A DNA stretch of 64,000 nucleotides from Chloroflexota bacterium. Its GTDB lineage: Bacteria; Chloroflexota; UBA11872; VXNJ01. This document shows positions 46,820-58,000 of this stretch, piece by piece. Within the stretch, counting starts at the first letter, position 1; every line of letters begins with the position of its first letter. The translations under genes were made by a program, and so were the position numbers. Location of the stretch: NCBI GenBank assembly GCA_965261345.1, contig OZ253449.1:2144001-2208000 (forward strand), in the 5' to 3' direction. The notes below the pieces were generated by a model, which ran no database searches, was not told where the DNA came from, and saw only the letters and a list, made by a program, of their open reading frames with translations.

Positions 46820-47716
46820 TTGCCATTGAATATAAAAGTTGCCAGCAGTCCGACATCCTGGGGTGTTTCCTTTGCCTCAGATCCGCGCCAGACGCCGTGG
46901 GAGCGGTTCCTGGTCGAGGTCGCGCGGTCGGGTTATCGCTGGATTGAATCCGGCGGCTATGGCTACCTGCCGACCGATCCGACCCGTCTGCGTCCGATCC
47001 TGGCCGAGCACGAACTGGCGATCTGCGGCGGCCGCGTCATGCGGCACTACCTCTTTGACGAAGAACTGCCTTCGATCCGGCTCGAGTGTTTTCAATCGGC
47101 CGAGTTGCTCGCGGCAGTCGGGGCCGAAGCGATCATCCTGATCGAGGGTCTCTATCGGGAAAAGGAAACTGGCAGGCTGATCGATCAGACCGACCTAGAC
47201 GAGGGGCGCTTCAAGCTGCTAGTGGAGCGGGTCGTCGATCTGGCCGGCCAGCTGCGCGAGCGCTTTGACCTAAAGACCTACTTTCACCCGCACGCCGAGA
47301 CCCACGTTCGGACCGAGGAACAGATGGATCGATTCTTCGAATTGGCCGCCGATCCGCAACTGGGCCAGGTCCTCGATACCGGTCATCACGCCTACTGCGG
47401 CGGCGACCCCAATTCCTACATGGCCCGCAATTTCGCCCGCATACCCTACGTCCACCTAAAAAACATCCAACCCCAGGTTCACGCCCGCTGCGAGGCTGAG
47501 GGCATCGGATTTTTGGACAGCGTTCGCGCCGGGGTATTTTGCGAGCCCGAGCACGGTCTCTTCAACCTGCGTGACTTCCACCGTGTGCTCTCCGAAATCA
47601 ACTATTCTGGATACGCGGTTGTCGAGCAGGACCTGTACCCGGTGGCCAATTTCGAGGTTCCCGAACCGATCGCCACTCGCACCCGGCGTTGGCTGGCGGT
47701 CAACGGGTTCGGTTAG
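46820..47716 (+). CDS. IolE/MocC-like TIM-barrel protein (inosose dehydratase-like)
   Basis: PTSWGV, GYGYLPTDP, FHPHAETH, LDTGH, HLK and VVEQD motifs; adjacent to iolD. Confidence 0.8.
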   Translation: MPLNIKVASSPTSWGVSFASDPRQTPWERFLVEVARSGYRWIESGGYGYLPTDPTRLRPILAEHELAICGGRVMRHYLFDEELPSIRLECFQSAELLAAVGAEAIILIEGLYREKETGRLIDQTDLDEGRFKLLVERVVDLAGQLRERFDLKTYFHPHAETHVRTEEQMDRFFELAADPQLGQVLDTGHHAYCGGDPNSYMARNFARIPYVHLKNIQPQVHARCEAEGIGFLDSVRAGVFCEPEHGLFNLRDFHRVLSEINYSGYAVVEQDLYPVANFEVPEPIATRTRRWLAVNGFG

Positions 47717-47734
47717 GCGGGGCGGCCCGCGCGC

Positions 47735-49633
47735 CTACCAGTAGTAGCGCTGGCGCGCCCGTCCGGCCTGGCTGTCGGCTGAGGTCTTGGCCACCACCGG
47801 GTCGTTGGTGACTTCGGCGGCGTAGACATCCCACCAGACGCCGGCCGGCGGCGCGGCGGCGTACTTGTCCATGTCCACCTCGATCAGGCAGGGCCGGCTT
47901 TCTTGCCGGGCTTCATCGAGGGCGGTGTCGAAATCTTCGGCGTTGGCCACCGCCCAGGTGGCCGCCCCCATGCCGGCGGCGATCTGGGCGAACGGGATCT
48001 CGACGAAGTCGCCCAATTCGAGGGTGTAGGACTCCGGATCGCGCCAGCGGAACTCATTGCCCAGGCTGCGGCCGACGGTTCGCCGCTGGAGCGCGTGAAT
48101 CGACTGGTACCCCAGGTTGCGAGTGATGATGACGGTTATCTTGGCCCGTTCCTGCAGGGCGGTTATCAACTCCGACGGGTGCATTAGGAATCCGCCGTCG
48201 CCGATCGAGACGAATACCTCGCCGGGCGGATCGCTCTTGCGGACCCCGATTGCCGCCGGAATTTCGTAGCCCATGCAGGAGTTCCCAAATTCGAGCATTA
48301 TCTTTCGTCCGCCGGTCCCGTTCCAGAGCTTGCACAGGTCACCCACCGGGGTTCCGGCGGCCGCGATCAGAATGTCGCCGGGTTGAGCATGCCGGTTGAG
48401 CACACCGATCATCTGGGTCTGGGTCAGCGGAGCGCCGTTGACCGGTTCTTGCATCGCGGCCACTTCACCAAGCCATTCGCGGCGCGCCAGGCCGGTTTCT
48501 GCCAGCCAGGCCTCCCGACGTCGCACGTCTGCTTGGCGGCAAGCCCGGGTGAGGGCCTCCAGGCTCAGGCGGGCATCGGCGACCACCGGATGGGCGCCCA
48601 GTTTGATGGAGTCGTGCGGGCACACGTTAAGCGAGATGAACCTGACTTCCCGGTTCTGGAAGATGGAATTGGATCCGGTGGTGTAGTCGGCCAGCCGGGT
48701 ACCGGCACAGATGACCAGGTCGGCCCGCTCGGCCGCCTGGGCAGATGCCCTGGTCCCGTTCATCCCGACCCCGCCCAGCAGCAGTTCGGAGTCGTCGTCG
48801 ATGACCGAGCGTCCGGCATAGGTCTCGGCCACCGGGATCCCGAACTCTCTGGAAAATTCGCCCAGCGCTGATTCGGCTTGCGAATAGCGAATCCCGCCGC
48901 CGGCGATGATCAGCGGCGCCTTGGCCGCGGCCAGCATCTGCGCGGCGACCCGGATTGACCGCTCGGTCGGCGGGCGACGTTCTATCACCCAGGTGTGTTC
49001 GCGGAAAAAATTGGTCGGGTAGTCGAACGCCCAATTCTGAATGTCCTGGGTCAGGGCAAGGCAGACTGCCCCGGTTTCGGCCGGATCGGTCAGGACCCGG
49101 AAGGCCTCGGGGAGCGAAAAAAGCAGTTGCTCGGGCCGGCTTATCCGGTCGAAAAACCTGACCACCGGCCGGAAGCAATCGGCGGCTGAAAAATCGTTGT
49201 TGACCGGGTGTTCGATGTCCTGGAGGATCTGGCCTTGGTGACGGGTCGCAAAGTAATCGGAGGGCAGCAGCAGCACCGGAATTCGGTCTATGGTCGCAGT
49301 GGCCGCTCCGGTGATCATGTTGGTGGCGCCCGGACCGATCGAGGTCGTGCAGGCCATCGTCGCCAGCCGTCGCTTGGCCTTGGCGAATCCGGCCGCGGCA
49401 TGTACCTGGGCCTGCTCGTTGAACGGTTGGTGATAGGGCAATCCGGGACCGCCGTATTCGTGGATCGCCTGGCTCAAGCCGGATACGTTGCCGTGCCCGA
49501 ATATCCCCCAGATCCCCTGGATGAAGCGTTGCCGCTGACCGTCGAATTCGCTGTGCTGGGCGTTGATGAATCTCACCACCGCCTGGGCCATCGTCAGCCG
49601 CACGGTCTCATGTGATTGGTAGGTCGTGTACAT
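47735..49633 (-). CDS. iolD: 3D-(3,5/4)-trihydroxycyclohexane-1,2-dione acylhydrolase
   Basis: RLTMAQA, GIFGHGNV, TSIGPGATNM, SCMGYEI, GDG and WWDV motifs. Confidence 0.93.
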   Translation of the reverse strand: MYTTYQSHETVRLTMAQAVVRFINAQHSEFDGQRQRFIQGIWGIFGHGNVSGLSQAIHEYGGPGLPYHQPFNEQAQVHAAAGFAKAKRRLATMACTTSIGPGATNMITGAATATIDRIPVLLLPSDYFATRHQGQILQDIEHPVNNDFSAADCFRPVVRFFDRISRPEQLLFSLPEAFRVLTDPAETGAVCLALTQDIQNWAFDYPTNFFREHTWVIERRPPTERSIRVAAQMLAAAKAPLIIAGGGIRYSQAESALGEFSREFGIPVAETYAGRSVIDDDSELLLGGVGMNGTRASAQAAERADLVICAGTRLADYTTGSNSIFQNREVRFISLNVCPHDSIKLGAHPVVADARLSLEALTRACRQADVRRREAWLAETGLARREWLGEVAAMQEPVNGAPLTQTQMIGVLNRHAQPGDILIAAAGTPVGDLCKLWNGTGGRKIMLEFGNSCMGYEIPAAIGVRKSDPPGEVFVSIGDGGFLMHPSELITALQERAKITVIITRNLGYQSIHALQRRTVGRSLGNEFRWRDPESYTLELGDFVEIPFAQIAAGMGAATWAVANAEDFDTALDEARQESRPCLIEVDMDKYAAAPPAGVWWDVYAAEVTNDPVVAKTSADSQAGRARQRYYW

Positions 49634-49705
49634 TTACGGTGCTCCCGCGCCGGGCTGACTACTAGGCCCTGCCTTTTTTACCTTGCCGGAGCGCCGATTT
49701 GGCGG

Positions 49706-50878
49706 TTAGATGCTGGCGGTCACCTTTTCCCAGGCCCGCGAATCCCAAGATCGGGCCATCGCCGCGTTGACCTGGGACACCCGAAGGGTCGATTCGAAGT
49801 CCGGCGCCTGCGATTTCCCAGCGGCGATCGCCGCTAAAAAATTGTGGGCGCCGATGATCTGCAGGGCGTCGTAGTCGATGCTGCCGCCCGAACCGGTTGC
49901 GAAGCGACCGTGGTTGGGATGATTGCTGGTGGCGTAGATGTTGGTGCTGCCGGCGCGTTGGGGGTCCACGGAAGGAGTATAGAGTTCGAGCTCGTTTAAT
50001 CGCCGAAACTGCCAGGATGCCAGCCCGGCGCTGCCGTAGATCGTAAATCCGAATTCATTGGTCGGGATCCGCAGTATCCGCGAGGCCTCCAGTGTGGCGG
50101 TGGCCCCGGATTCGAATACGGCCTGGGCAATTACGGTGTCATCGTTGGTGACCGGCAATTTCGGGTCATCGGCCCTACCCTGCATGTAGTGGTCGGCCCC
50201 CGGTGCCGGCGCGGGCCGCTCGCGATAGATGATCTGGCTGCGCGAACTAACCTCGCTGATTGGTCCGCCCACCATGATCGCCATGTCAACCACGTGGGAC
50301 ATGAGGTCGCCCAACACGCCGAAGCCCGACTGCTGCGAATCAAAACGCCAGGTTCGCAGCCCCAGCGGTGAGGACGCGTAGGCGGCCATGAACTGCCCGC
50401 GAAAATGCAGAATCCTGCCCAGGTCGCCGGAGGCTGCCAGCTGTGCAGCATGGGCGACCATCGGCACCCAGCGGTAACAGAATCCGACGAACGTGACCAC
50501 CCCGCTGCGCCGCGCGGCGGCGGCGATCGCGGCGGTATCGGCCGGGGTGCGCCCGACCGGTTTTTCGCAAAACACATGCTTGCCGGCCTCGGCCGCGGCG
50601 ATGGCGATCTGACGATGCGAGTCGTTGCGGGTGGCGATGCTGACGGCGTCAATCGCCGGGTCCGCAAGCAGTTCGCGCCAATCCTCGGTAGATTCGGCGA
50701 TACCCAGCCGTCGGGCTTGTTCGGCGGCCCGCCCCGGGAGGCTGTCGGCGCAGGATACCACCGCGGCCGAAATCCCGCTCTCCGGGAATCGTTCGCCGAC
50801 TTCGCGGTAGGCGCGGCAGTGCACCGATCCCATCCAGCCGGCGCCGATGATTCCGATTGCAAACTTTTTTTTGTCCAT
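49706..50878 (-). CDS. Gfo/Idh/MocA oxidoreductase (inositol-related)
   Basis: GAGWMG, CEKPVGR and GDLMSH motifs; start 50878 or 50902. Confidence 0.87.
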   Translation of the reverse strand: MDKKKFAIGIIGAGWMGSVHCRAYREVGERFPESGISAAVVSCADSLPGRAAEQARRLGIAESTEDWRELLADPAIDAVSIATRNDSHRQIAIAAAEAGKHVFCEKPVGRTPADTAAIAAAARRSGVVTFVGFCYRWVPMVAHAAQLAASGDLGRILHFRGQFMAAYASSPLGLRTWRFDSQQSGFGVLGDLMSHVVDMAIMVGGPISEVSSRSQIIYRERPAPAPGADHYMQGRADDPKLPVTNDDTVIAQAVFESGATATLEASRILRIPTNEFGFTIYGSAGLASWQFRRLNELELYTPSVDPQRAGSTNIYATSNHPNHGRFATGSGGSIDYDALQIIGAHNFLAAIAAGKSQAPDFESTLRVSQVNAAMARSWDSRAWEKVTASI

Positions 50879-51052
50879 TTGAACCGAGGCCAACGTCACC
50901 ATCCGGCCGGTTGGCCGGTTTGTCCGGCGCGGGCCAACCTCCTGGCTGTGGATGTGCTTGGTTAGGCGAATGCTAACGACCGACGCTGGGGGTTTAGGCT
51001 GAAAAACGCCGCGGATATTTAGCGCCCGGTCGGCGACCGGGAAGGCGGCGGC

Positions 51053-51772
51053 CTACATTGGGTTCTCTTTGGCCCAGGATTCGTATTCGGCCATCGTCTG
51101 GGCATCGGGTGGATAGGCCGTCGCCAGCGGGTAGTCGTGATGGAGCACGCGCTCGCGGATGAAAGTCTCTTTATGCTCGATCGCTGTCCCCTCGGCCGCA
51201 ATCTCGGCCGCCAGCGGAGGCGGGATCACGACCGCGCCGTCACTGTCGGCCACGATCCAGTCGCCGGGAAATACGCTGGTCCCGCAGCAACGCACCGGCA
51301 GGTCGCAGTCGATTGCCATGTAGGAGCGTTGCGATGCGGCCCCATGAATTCCCTTAACCAGACAGGGCAGGCCGACCAGTTCGCGGATCTGGACCCCGTC
51401 GCGCAGGCCGCCGTCCGATATCACCCCGACCCCGCCTTGGGCCTTGATCCGCGCCGCGATTATGTCGCCGATCGATCCGGCGGTGACCCCTCCGCCCGAG
51501 TCGATTACCAGAATGTCCCCGGGGTTGATGTTGTCGGCGACCTGTCGTTGTGGATTGGCACCAGATGCCACCATGGCGTCCGCGATGTCCTCGCGTTTGG
51601 GGATCAGGCGCAGGGTTCGGGCCCGTCCGACGACTACGCCGTCGAAGGGCACGACCGCGGAGAGCCCGGGCATGTAAGTGTTGGAGATTCCTTTCTGTTC
51701 GAGCAGATGGGTTGCCGTAGCCGGAGTGACTTTGGCCAGTTGGTCGGCCAGGGCCTGGGTGTTGCTGTCCAT
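51053..51772 (-). CDS. RraA/HMG-CHA aldolase family protein
   Basis: GRARTLR, GDII..R, DGGLRD and PGDWIVADSDG motifs. Confidence 0.85.
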   Translation of the reverse strand: MDSNTQALADQLAKVTPATATHLLEQKGISNTYMPGLSAVVPFDGVVVGRARTLRLIPKREDIADAMVASGANPQRQVADNINPGDILVIDSGGGVTAGSIGDIIAARIKAQGGVGVISDGGLRDGVQIRELVGLPCLVKGIHGAASQRSYMAIDCDLPVRCCGTSVFPGDWIVADSDGAVVIPPPLAAEIAAEGTAIEHKETFIRERVLHHDYPLATAYPPDAQTMAEYESWAKENPM

Positions 51773-51941
51773 TGGCGGTTTGCTCCGATAAGACTTTGGT
51801 CGGGCCTGCCCGCGGGACGTTTCCCGCAATCCACGGAGAATCTGTTCCCGTTCGGGCCGGGGCACCTCCAAGTTTGCCCGCAAATTGTCCCCGGTAGGGT
51901 GCTTCAAACCCAAAATAGGGCAAGCCCAAGGAGAACACTAC

Positions 51942-52355
51942 ATGCGCGGAAAAGTCCTCTCAGTTGATTCAATGGAGCCGATCTCGCGTGGCGGCGGGAT
52001 CAGAAGCTACCCGTTTTTTGGTAATTGGACCGGAGCTAAACAAATGGTCTCGGGAATGAGTATTTTTCCGCCCGGCACCGTAATCCTCGAACACACCCAT
52101 AATGTCGAGGAGATAGTGGTGGTGATCGAGGGGACTGGCAATGCCATCATCGATGGCTGCAAAAATCCGGTCAACCCCATCTCAACGACCTGGATCCCGG
52201 CCGAGGTCCCGCACTACTTTGAAAACACCGGCAGCTCGAACCTGACGATCCTCTGGTTCTACGGCGAGATTGAAGTGGTCCGCAAGATCCTTTCTACCGG
52301 CGAGGTCATCCCTCATCTCTCCGATCGCGACCGCTCGATCGCTGCCAGTCCCTAG
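51942..52355 (+). CDS. Cupin domain protein (paralog A)
   Basis: HTHNVEE and PAEVPH cupin motifs; ATG follows AAGGAG. Confidence 0.85.
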   Translation: MRGKVLSVDSMEPISRGGGIRSYPFFGNWTGAKQMVSGMSIFPPGTVILEHTHNVEEIVVVIEGTGNAIIDGCKNPVNPISTTWIPAEVPHYFENTGSSNLTILWFYGEIEVVRKILSTGEVIPHLSDRDRSIAASP

Positions 52356-52425
52356 CCGATCGCGCCCGCCGACTAACAAGCCCCCAGCTCCTCAACAGCC
52401 TCCCCGAACGCGAAAGTTCTCATCC

Positions 52426-53865
52426 ATGGCCAAGCCGCCCAATATCGTAATTTTTATGCCCGACCAGATGCGTTGGGACTGCACTTCGCAATCTGGCAAT
52501 TCCCTGCTGTCCATGCCCAACTTCGACCAGTTGGCCGATGACGGAGCCACGCTCTCCAATTTCTACGTAAACAACACCGTCTGCACACCCTCGCGCTGTG
52601 CGATGTTCACCGGCCAATACCCGCACGTTCGCGGCCACCGCTCACTCTGGTACCTGCTCCAAGATCACGAACCCAACGTTCTGCGCGAACTAAAGCAGGC
52701 GGGCTATCACGTCCACCTCACCGGTAAGAACCACCTCCTAACCGACACGGCGATTGAATCGAGCATCTCCAGCCGGACCCTCTCCGATCTGGGGGTTGAC
52801 CGACAGCGCCTCATGAACCCCCCCGACTGGCTCGATGAGCGCTACCGCTACACCCTCTATTACGGGGAGCGCCCCCAGGAGTTGGCCCGCGATTTTGATC
52901 GGGATTGGATCGATGGGGCGCTGGAGTTCTTGCGCTCTGGGCCGCCCGAACCGTTCTGCCTGGTGATCACCCTGTTCTTTCCCCACCCACCCTACTGGGT
53001 GGAAGAACCCTATTACTCGATGTACGACCGCAGCCAGGTACCGTTGCCGCGCCCGCCGCGCCAATCGGGGAGCCCAATCTACCACCGCGAAATTGCCGAA
53101 CGCTACGGTGTCGTTGATCTTTCCGAGGATGAACTGCGCGAGATCGTAGCCGTCTATTACGGCATGTGCACCCGAATCGATGACCAATTTGGCGAAGTTT
53201 GCGCCGCGCTTAAGGAACGTAACGTCTACGACGAGACGGCGATCGTATACCTCTCCGACCACGGCGACTACTGCGGCGACTGGTCGCTGACCGAAAAATG
53301 GCCGTCGGGGTTTGAGGACGTTCTATCCAATGTCCCGTTTGCCATCAAGGCGCCCGGGATCGTTGGCGGATCGCGCGTTGATCACCTGGCCGAGGCGGTC
53401 GACCTGACCGCGACCCTGCAGGACCTGGCCGGAATCGAATCGGGCCACGATCATTTCGGAAGGAGTCTGCTGCCGCTGCTCCGCGGCGAGGTCGCTTCAC
53501 ACAAGGACGCGGTTTTCTGCGAGGGTGGGCACCTGCCGCATGAAACCCAGGCCCTGGAGATGGTGACCGCCCACTCGAGCCTGCTCTGCTACCACCAGAA
53601 AGCGGCCATTCAAACCGACAACCGCGATTCGGTCTGCAAGTCGGTGATGGTGCGCAGCGGCCGTTGGAAATTCGTGATGCGGCTAACCGACCAGAGCGAG
53701 CTATACGATCTGGAAGCGGACCCGCGCGAGATGGTCAACCTGGCCGCCGATCCAGAGCACGCTGGAGTGGTTGCGGAGCTTTCCAACCGCATCGCCCGCT
53801 GGTACATTGAGACTGGTGACTACTTGCCGCGCCAAAAAGATGAGGCCGGCCGCCCGGTCCACTAA
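52426..53865 (+). CDS. Cys-type sulfatase-family hydrolase
   Basis: PNIVIFMPDQ, CTPSR, GKNH, PHPP, SDHG and ELYDL..DP motifs. Confidence 0.9.
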   Translation: MAKPPNIVIFMPDQMRWDCTSQSGNSLLSMPNFDQLADDGATLSNFYVNNTVCTPSRCAMFTGQYPHVRGHRSLWYLLQDHEPNVLRELKQAGYHVHLTGKNHLLTDTAIESSISSRTLSDLGVDRQRLMNPPDWLDERYRYTLYYGERPQELARDFDRDWIDGALEFLRSGPPEPFCLVITLFFPHPPYWVEEPYYSMYDRSQVPLPRPPRQSGSPIYHREIAERYGVVDLSEDELREIVAVYYGMCTRIDDQFGEVCAALKERNVYDETAIVYLSDHGDYCGDWSLTEKWPSGFEDVLSNVPFAIKAPGIVGGSRVDHLAEAVDLTATLQDLAGIESGHDHFGRSLLPLLRGEVASHKDAVFCEGGHLPHETQALEMVTAHSSLLCYHQKAAIQTDNRDSVCKSVMVRSGRWKFVMRLTDQSELYDLEADPREMVNLAADPEHAGVVAELSNRIARWYIETGDYLPRQKDEAGRPVH

Positions 53866-53880
53866 CTCAGCGCGGCCGCC

Positions 53881-54876
53881 TCAGGCTAAGCTGACCGCCA
53901 GTGTGCGGCCCTGGTGATGCGACTCGGTCGCGGCATCGGCCAGCAGGAGGGCGTTGAGCCCGTCGACGCCATCCGGGTTGCTCACTGACCCCCGCTCTAC
54001 GCCCTCGGCGAACAGTTCCAATTCACGCCGGTAAGACTCCCCGTAGCGGTCGATCGATGCATACGGGGGCGGGTCGAGGCGAGATCCGCTGGCGTCCGCC
54101 AGCCGCAGGCTGGTAGATAGTACGTTGTCGGCAAATAGCTTGGCTTTTGAGCCGTGGACCTCGATGCGCTGGTCATAGCCGGCAAGGTTGCGTCGTGAAC
54201 AGTTGATGTGGCAGAGCTTGCCCGATTCGGTTCGCATTACCACCATCGCGCTGTCCACGTCGCCGGCCTCGCCGATTTCCGGGTCGATTAGCACCGACCC
54301 TGTGGCAAAGACCTCCACCGGGTCCTCCCCGAGCACCCAGCGGGCCATATCAAAGTCATGAATCATCATGTCTCTAAAGAGGCCACCCGAGACCCTTACG
54401 TACGCCGGCCACGGGGGTTCGGGATCGTGGCTTACCAGCGAGACCATTTCAATATCGCCAGCCACCCCGTCGCGCAGCCGCCGCTTGAGCTCGGCAAAAT
54501 TTGGATCGAATCGCCGGTTAAACCCGATCGCCAGTTGCGCCTGTTCGGCTTCAACCGCCCGCAGGCAAGACCGCGCGCGGGCCGAATCCAGGTCGATCGG
54601 TTTCTCGCAGAAGATGAACTTGCCGGCACGGGCGGCGGCTTCGATTAGCTCGGCGTGGGTATTAGTCGATGAGGCGATCAGTACCGCGGCGATCGAATCG
54701 TCGGCAAAAATCTGGTCGCGCTCAAGCACCACGCAACCCAGTCGGTCGGCCAGCGCGCTGGCCGATTGGGCGACCGGATCGGAGATCCCGGCAAGGTCAA
54801 AACTCGAACTCCGAGCAAGGTTGGGTCCGTGAACGTGCCCTATCCGTCCGGCTCCAAACATCGCAATTCTTACCAT
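53881..54876 (-). CDS. iolG: Myo-inositol 2-dehydrogenase
   Basis: GAGRIG, CEKPID, GFNRRFD, GGLFRDMMIHDFD and GYDQRIEV motifs. Confidence 0.92.
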   Translation of the reverse strand: MVRIAMFGAGRIGHVHGPNLARSSSFDLAGISDPVAQSASALADRLGCVVLERDQIFADDSIAAVLIASSTNTHAELIEAAARAGKFIFCEKPIDLDSARARSCLRAVEAEQAQLAIGFNRRFDPNFAELKRRLRDGVAGDIEMVSLVSHDPEPPWPAYVRVSGGLFRDMMIHDFDMARWVLGEDPVEVFATGSVLIDPEIGEAGDVDSAMVVMRTESGKLCHINCSRRNLAGYDQRIEVHGSKAKLFADNVLSTSLRLADASGSRLDPPPYASIDRYGESYRRELELFAEGVERGSVSNPDGVDGLNALLLADAATESHHQGRTLAVSLA

Positions 54877-55006
54877 CGCGTTTCTCCATCCTGCACCAGC
54901 AATATCGCCAACTAATTTTTGAGCATGTTAGTCGAATTTTTTCAACTGTCGGCGCCGCGCCGGTTCGGGCGTTCGTGTGGTGCGCGGGCGATTGATCTGA
55001 TTCATT

Positions 55007-58000
55007 TCAGCTGGGCGACGATTCCGAATCGTTGTCACGGTAAAGCTGGGCGTGCGATCGAGCCAGGTAGTCGGCCAGGTTGGCCGGATCATCGTCTCCG
55101 GGCGCCCGCTGTTTGCCGGCCGCCTGTCGACGAAGGCGGCGGAGCGCGTCCAGCGCCTCCGGCAAGGCAAACTGCTCACCGGTCAGGCCGCCGACGAATC
55201 GCCCGCCGCGGACCTGGCCGCGCGCTTCCAGCCGGCGCAGCACCCGCAACAGCAACCGCCAGGGCAAGCGCCAGCGTTCGCGGGCGGCAATCTCGCGAAA
55301 CACGACCCCGTAGCGCTGCAGCAATACGTTGGCGATCCCTTCGAGCAGTTCGTCCTTGCTGGTCGTTGACGGGGCCGGGACGTCGATGGCCGCCCAGCGC
55401 CCCGGGGGCCAGGCATCGTTTAGCAGACCCTGCCGCCGTCCGGAATAGTTGTGGCGGCGCAGGCGCCGCGCCAGCGGTCGATTGGCCAGCGCCCGGATTG
55501 AGGCGAACCCGTCCGAGTTCACCAAACCGGCGGCGACCAGTTCGAGCAGTCGTCGCTCAACGTCTTCGGGCAGCCGCCCCGATCGGGCGATTAGATCCTC
55601 GAAAAAAAGCGCACCGTGCAGCCGCATCAGCGCCAGCAGTTCCAAAGTTCCGGCGGTAAGACCGGCGGCGGGATCGCCCTCGCCGCGGGCCGATGGCAAA
55701 AGCAGTGGTAGTTGGCGGCGCGGAAAAAGGGCGATTCGGGTTGCTCGATTGGCCGAGCGCCGCCGCGGGCCGTCGCCGAGATTGCCCGGCAGGCTCAGGC
55801 GCAGCCACATCGCCTCGCCGGAGAGACATAGTTCGTCCAGCCAGGCCGGCTGGTAATCGGACACCCGGGCCGGCAGGAGGCTTGACTCCCAGGATCGGGC
55901 GGGTGCTTCGTAACCCTGCAAACGCCCGATCGCCTGGCGCAGCCCGGCCCGCCCGCGAAGCTGGGTATTTAGGCCCATGTACTGCCAATCCAATAGGAAC
56001 CGCAGGTAGTCCTGGCGTGTGACCGGTTCTATTTCGGAACGGAGCCGGGCCCTGGTGCGGCGGTGAATCCTCGCCAGCAGCTGGCGATCGCAAAATTCTT
56101 CGGTATCTGGCCGGTCGGGCCGGAACCGGCCGCGCAGCAGATGGCCCTGGGCTTCCAGCTGGGCCAAGCCGATCCGGGCGTCGGCCGGACTGAATCCGGA
56201 GTGCTCGGCGACTTCGGTCGCGGTTACCGGCCCCCAGATTTCACTGTGGCCCCGAACCGCCCTGATGCGGGCCGCATCGGGGCTCTCGACATCAATCAGC
56301 GCTGCCGGCGGGATGCCGGCCAGATCAACCCGGGCTTCGGGGAACAGCGCCGCCACCAGCGCTCCGGCCTCGCTGGCGTGCCAGTAACAGATCCCATTTA
56401 ATTGCAGGCGGCGGGCCCGGTTCTGGGCGACCAGCGCGTCCATCAACTCGCCAAAGATTTCCAGTTCGCCGGCCCTTATGACCACCAGGCCGACGAGGAG
56501 CTCGTGCAACTCGTCGGGATTGGCCGGGCTTGGGGCGATTTCTTTGCAGACCTGTTCGATCGCCGCCGCATCCAGGGCTCCCAGGTCGCGCTGGTGGGCG
56601 GGCAGGACCTGGCGTAGTTGGACCGCCCGCGAGCGCCGTTCCTCCAGTGGGGCGTCGTCGAGGAACGTAAACGGGCGGCCGTTGATGATTTCATGGCTCA
56701 TCGGCGATGGTTCGGTCACATCGCGCGCGTGCAGGCGGATCCGGCCGCCCTCGATCTCCCGCAATATCGCTTCCAGCCCCTCGATGTCATGGGCTTCAAA
56801 AAGGCAGTCGTTGACTGTCTGCTCAACCAACACGTGATCGGGGATCTCCAGCGGTCCGGTGACGTTCTCCTGGCACCCCACCTGTTCGGGGAATACCGCG
56901 GCCAGTAGGTCGTCGGCCCGCATCCGCTGAATCGGCGGGGGCACCCGCCGCCCGTGCTGGAAGCGCCGCACGAAGAGCGCGCGGGTGGCGTTCCAGCGCC
57001 AGCGGGTCGGGAACAACGGCGTGTAGAGGATTGCCTGGCGCAGGGCCGGCCGGGCATTGGCGGCGGTCACATAGCCGAAGGATTCCTCGAGCGGGAACGA
57101 ATGCTGCGGACCGAGCGAGAGCAGGATGCAGTTATCGTTGGCGGCGGCCTGCAGTTCAAAGTCAAAGCGCACACAGAAGCGCTTGCGCAGAGCCAGGCCC
57201 CAGGCACGGGTGATGCGTTGACCAAAGGGCGCGTGAACCACCAGCTGCATCCCACCGGCCTCATCGAAGAAACGCTCAAAAACCACGTCGCGGTCGGTCG
57301 GCACCATTCCCAGGCCGTCGCAGGTTGCCCCGACATATTCGACCAAGAGGGTGAGTGCGGCTTCGGTCAGGCCGCATTCGGCCGCCAGCTGATGGCGCGC
57401 ACCCTGGTCGGCGTCGATCGCGGCCGCCAGGTCGGCCCGCAGACGCGAGACCTGATGTGAGAGTTCTGGGGTTCGGCCCAGCCCCTCACCCAGCCAGAAG
57501 GGAATCGTCGGCGCGGCGCCATGGGCGTCGGCCACCCGCACCCGGCCCGATTCGACCCGCAGGATCCGCCAGGAGTTGGTGCCCAGGATGAAGATGTCGC
57601 CGGCCATGCTCTCGATGGCAAAGTCTTCATTGACGCTGCCGATGACCGCCCCATCGGGTTCGGCCACCACCAGATAATCGCCCTGCTCGGGGATGGTTCC
57701 GGCGTTGGTAGCGGCCACCATCCGGGCCGCTCGGCGGCCGCGTATCGAGCCGTTGATCTGGTCGCGGTGAATGAGCGGATAGCCGCGTCCGCCGCCCTCG
57801 CCCAGGCCATCGGCAAGCATGGTTAGGACCCGGTCGAAATCGGACCGGTGAAGGTCGGCGAATCCGCCTGCGTCGGCAAAGAGCGCAAACAGTTCGTCCT
57901 CCTGCCAGGATTGCGCGGCGGTCTCGGCAACCACGTGCTGGGCCAGTACGTCCAGCGGATGGGCTGGTTGGACGATTCGATCCAGGGTGCCCTCGCCGAC

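Noticed and set aside
51137-51967. 276-aa plus-strand ORF
   Set aside because: Antisense shadow of the RraA-like gene.
46082-54900. Island integrated at tRNA-Arg(TCT)
   Set aside because: No att repeat or recombinase found by eye.
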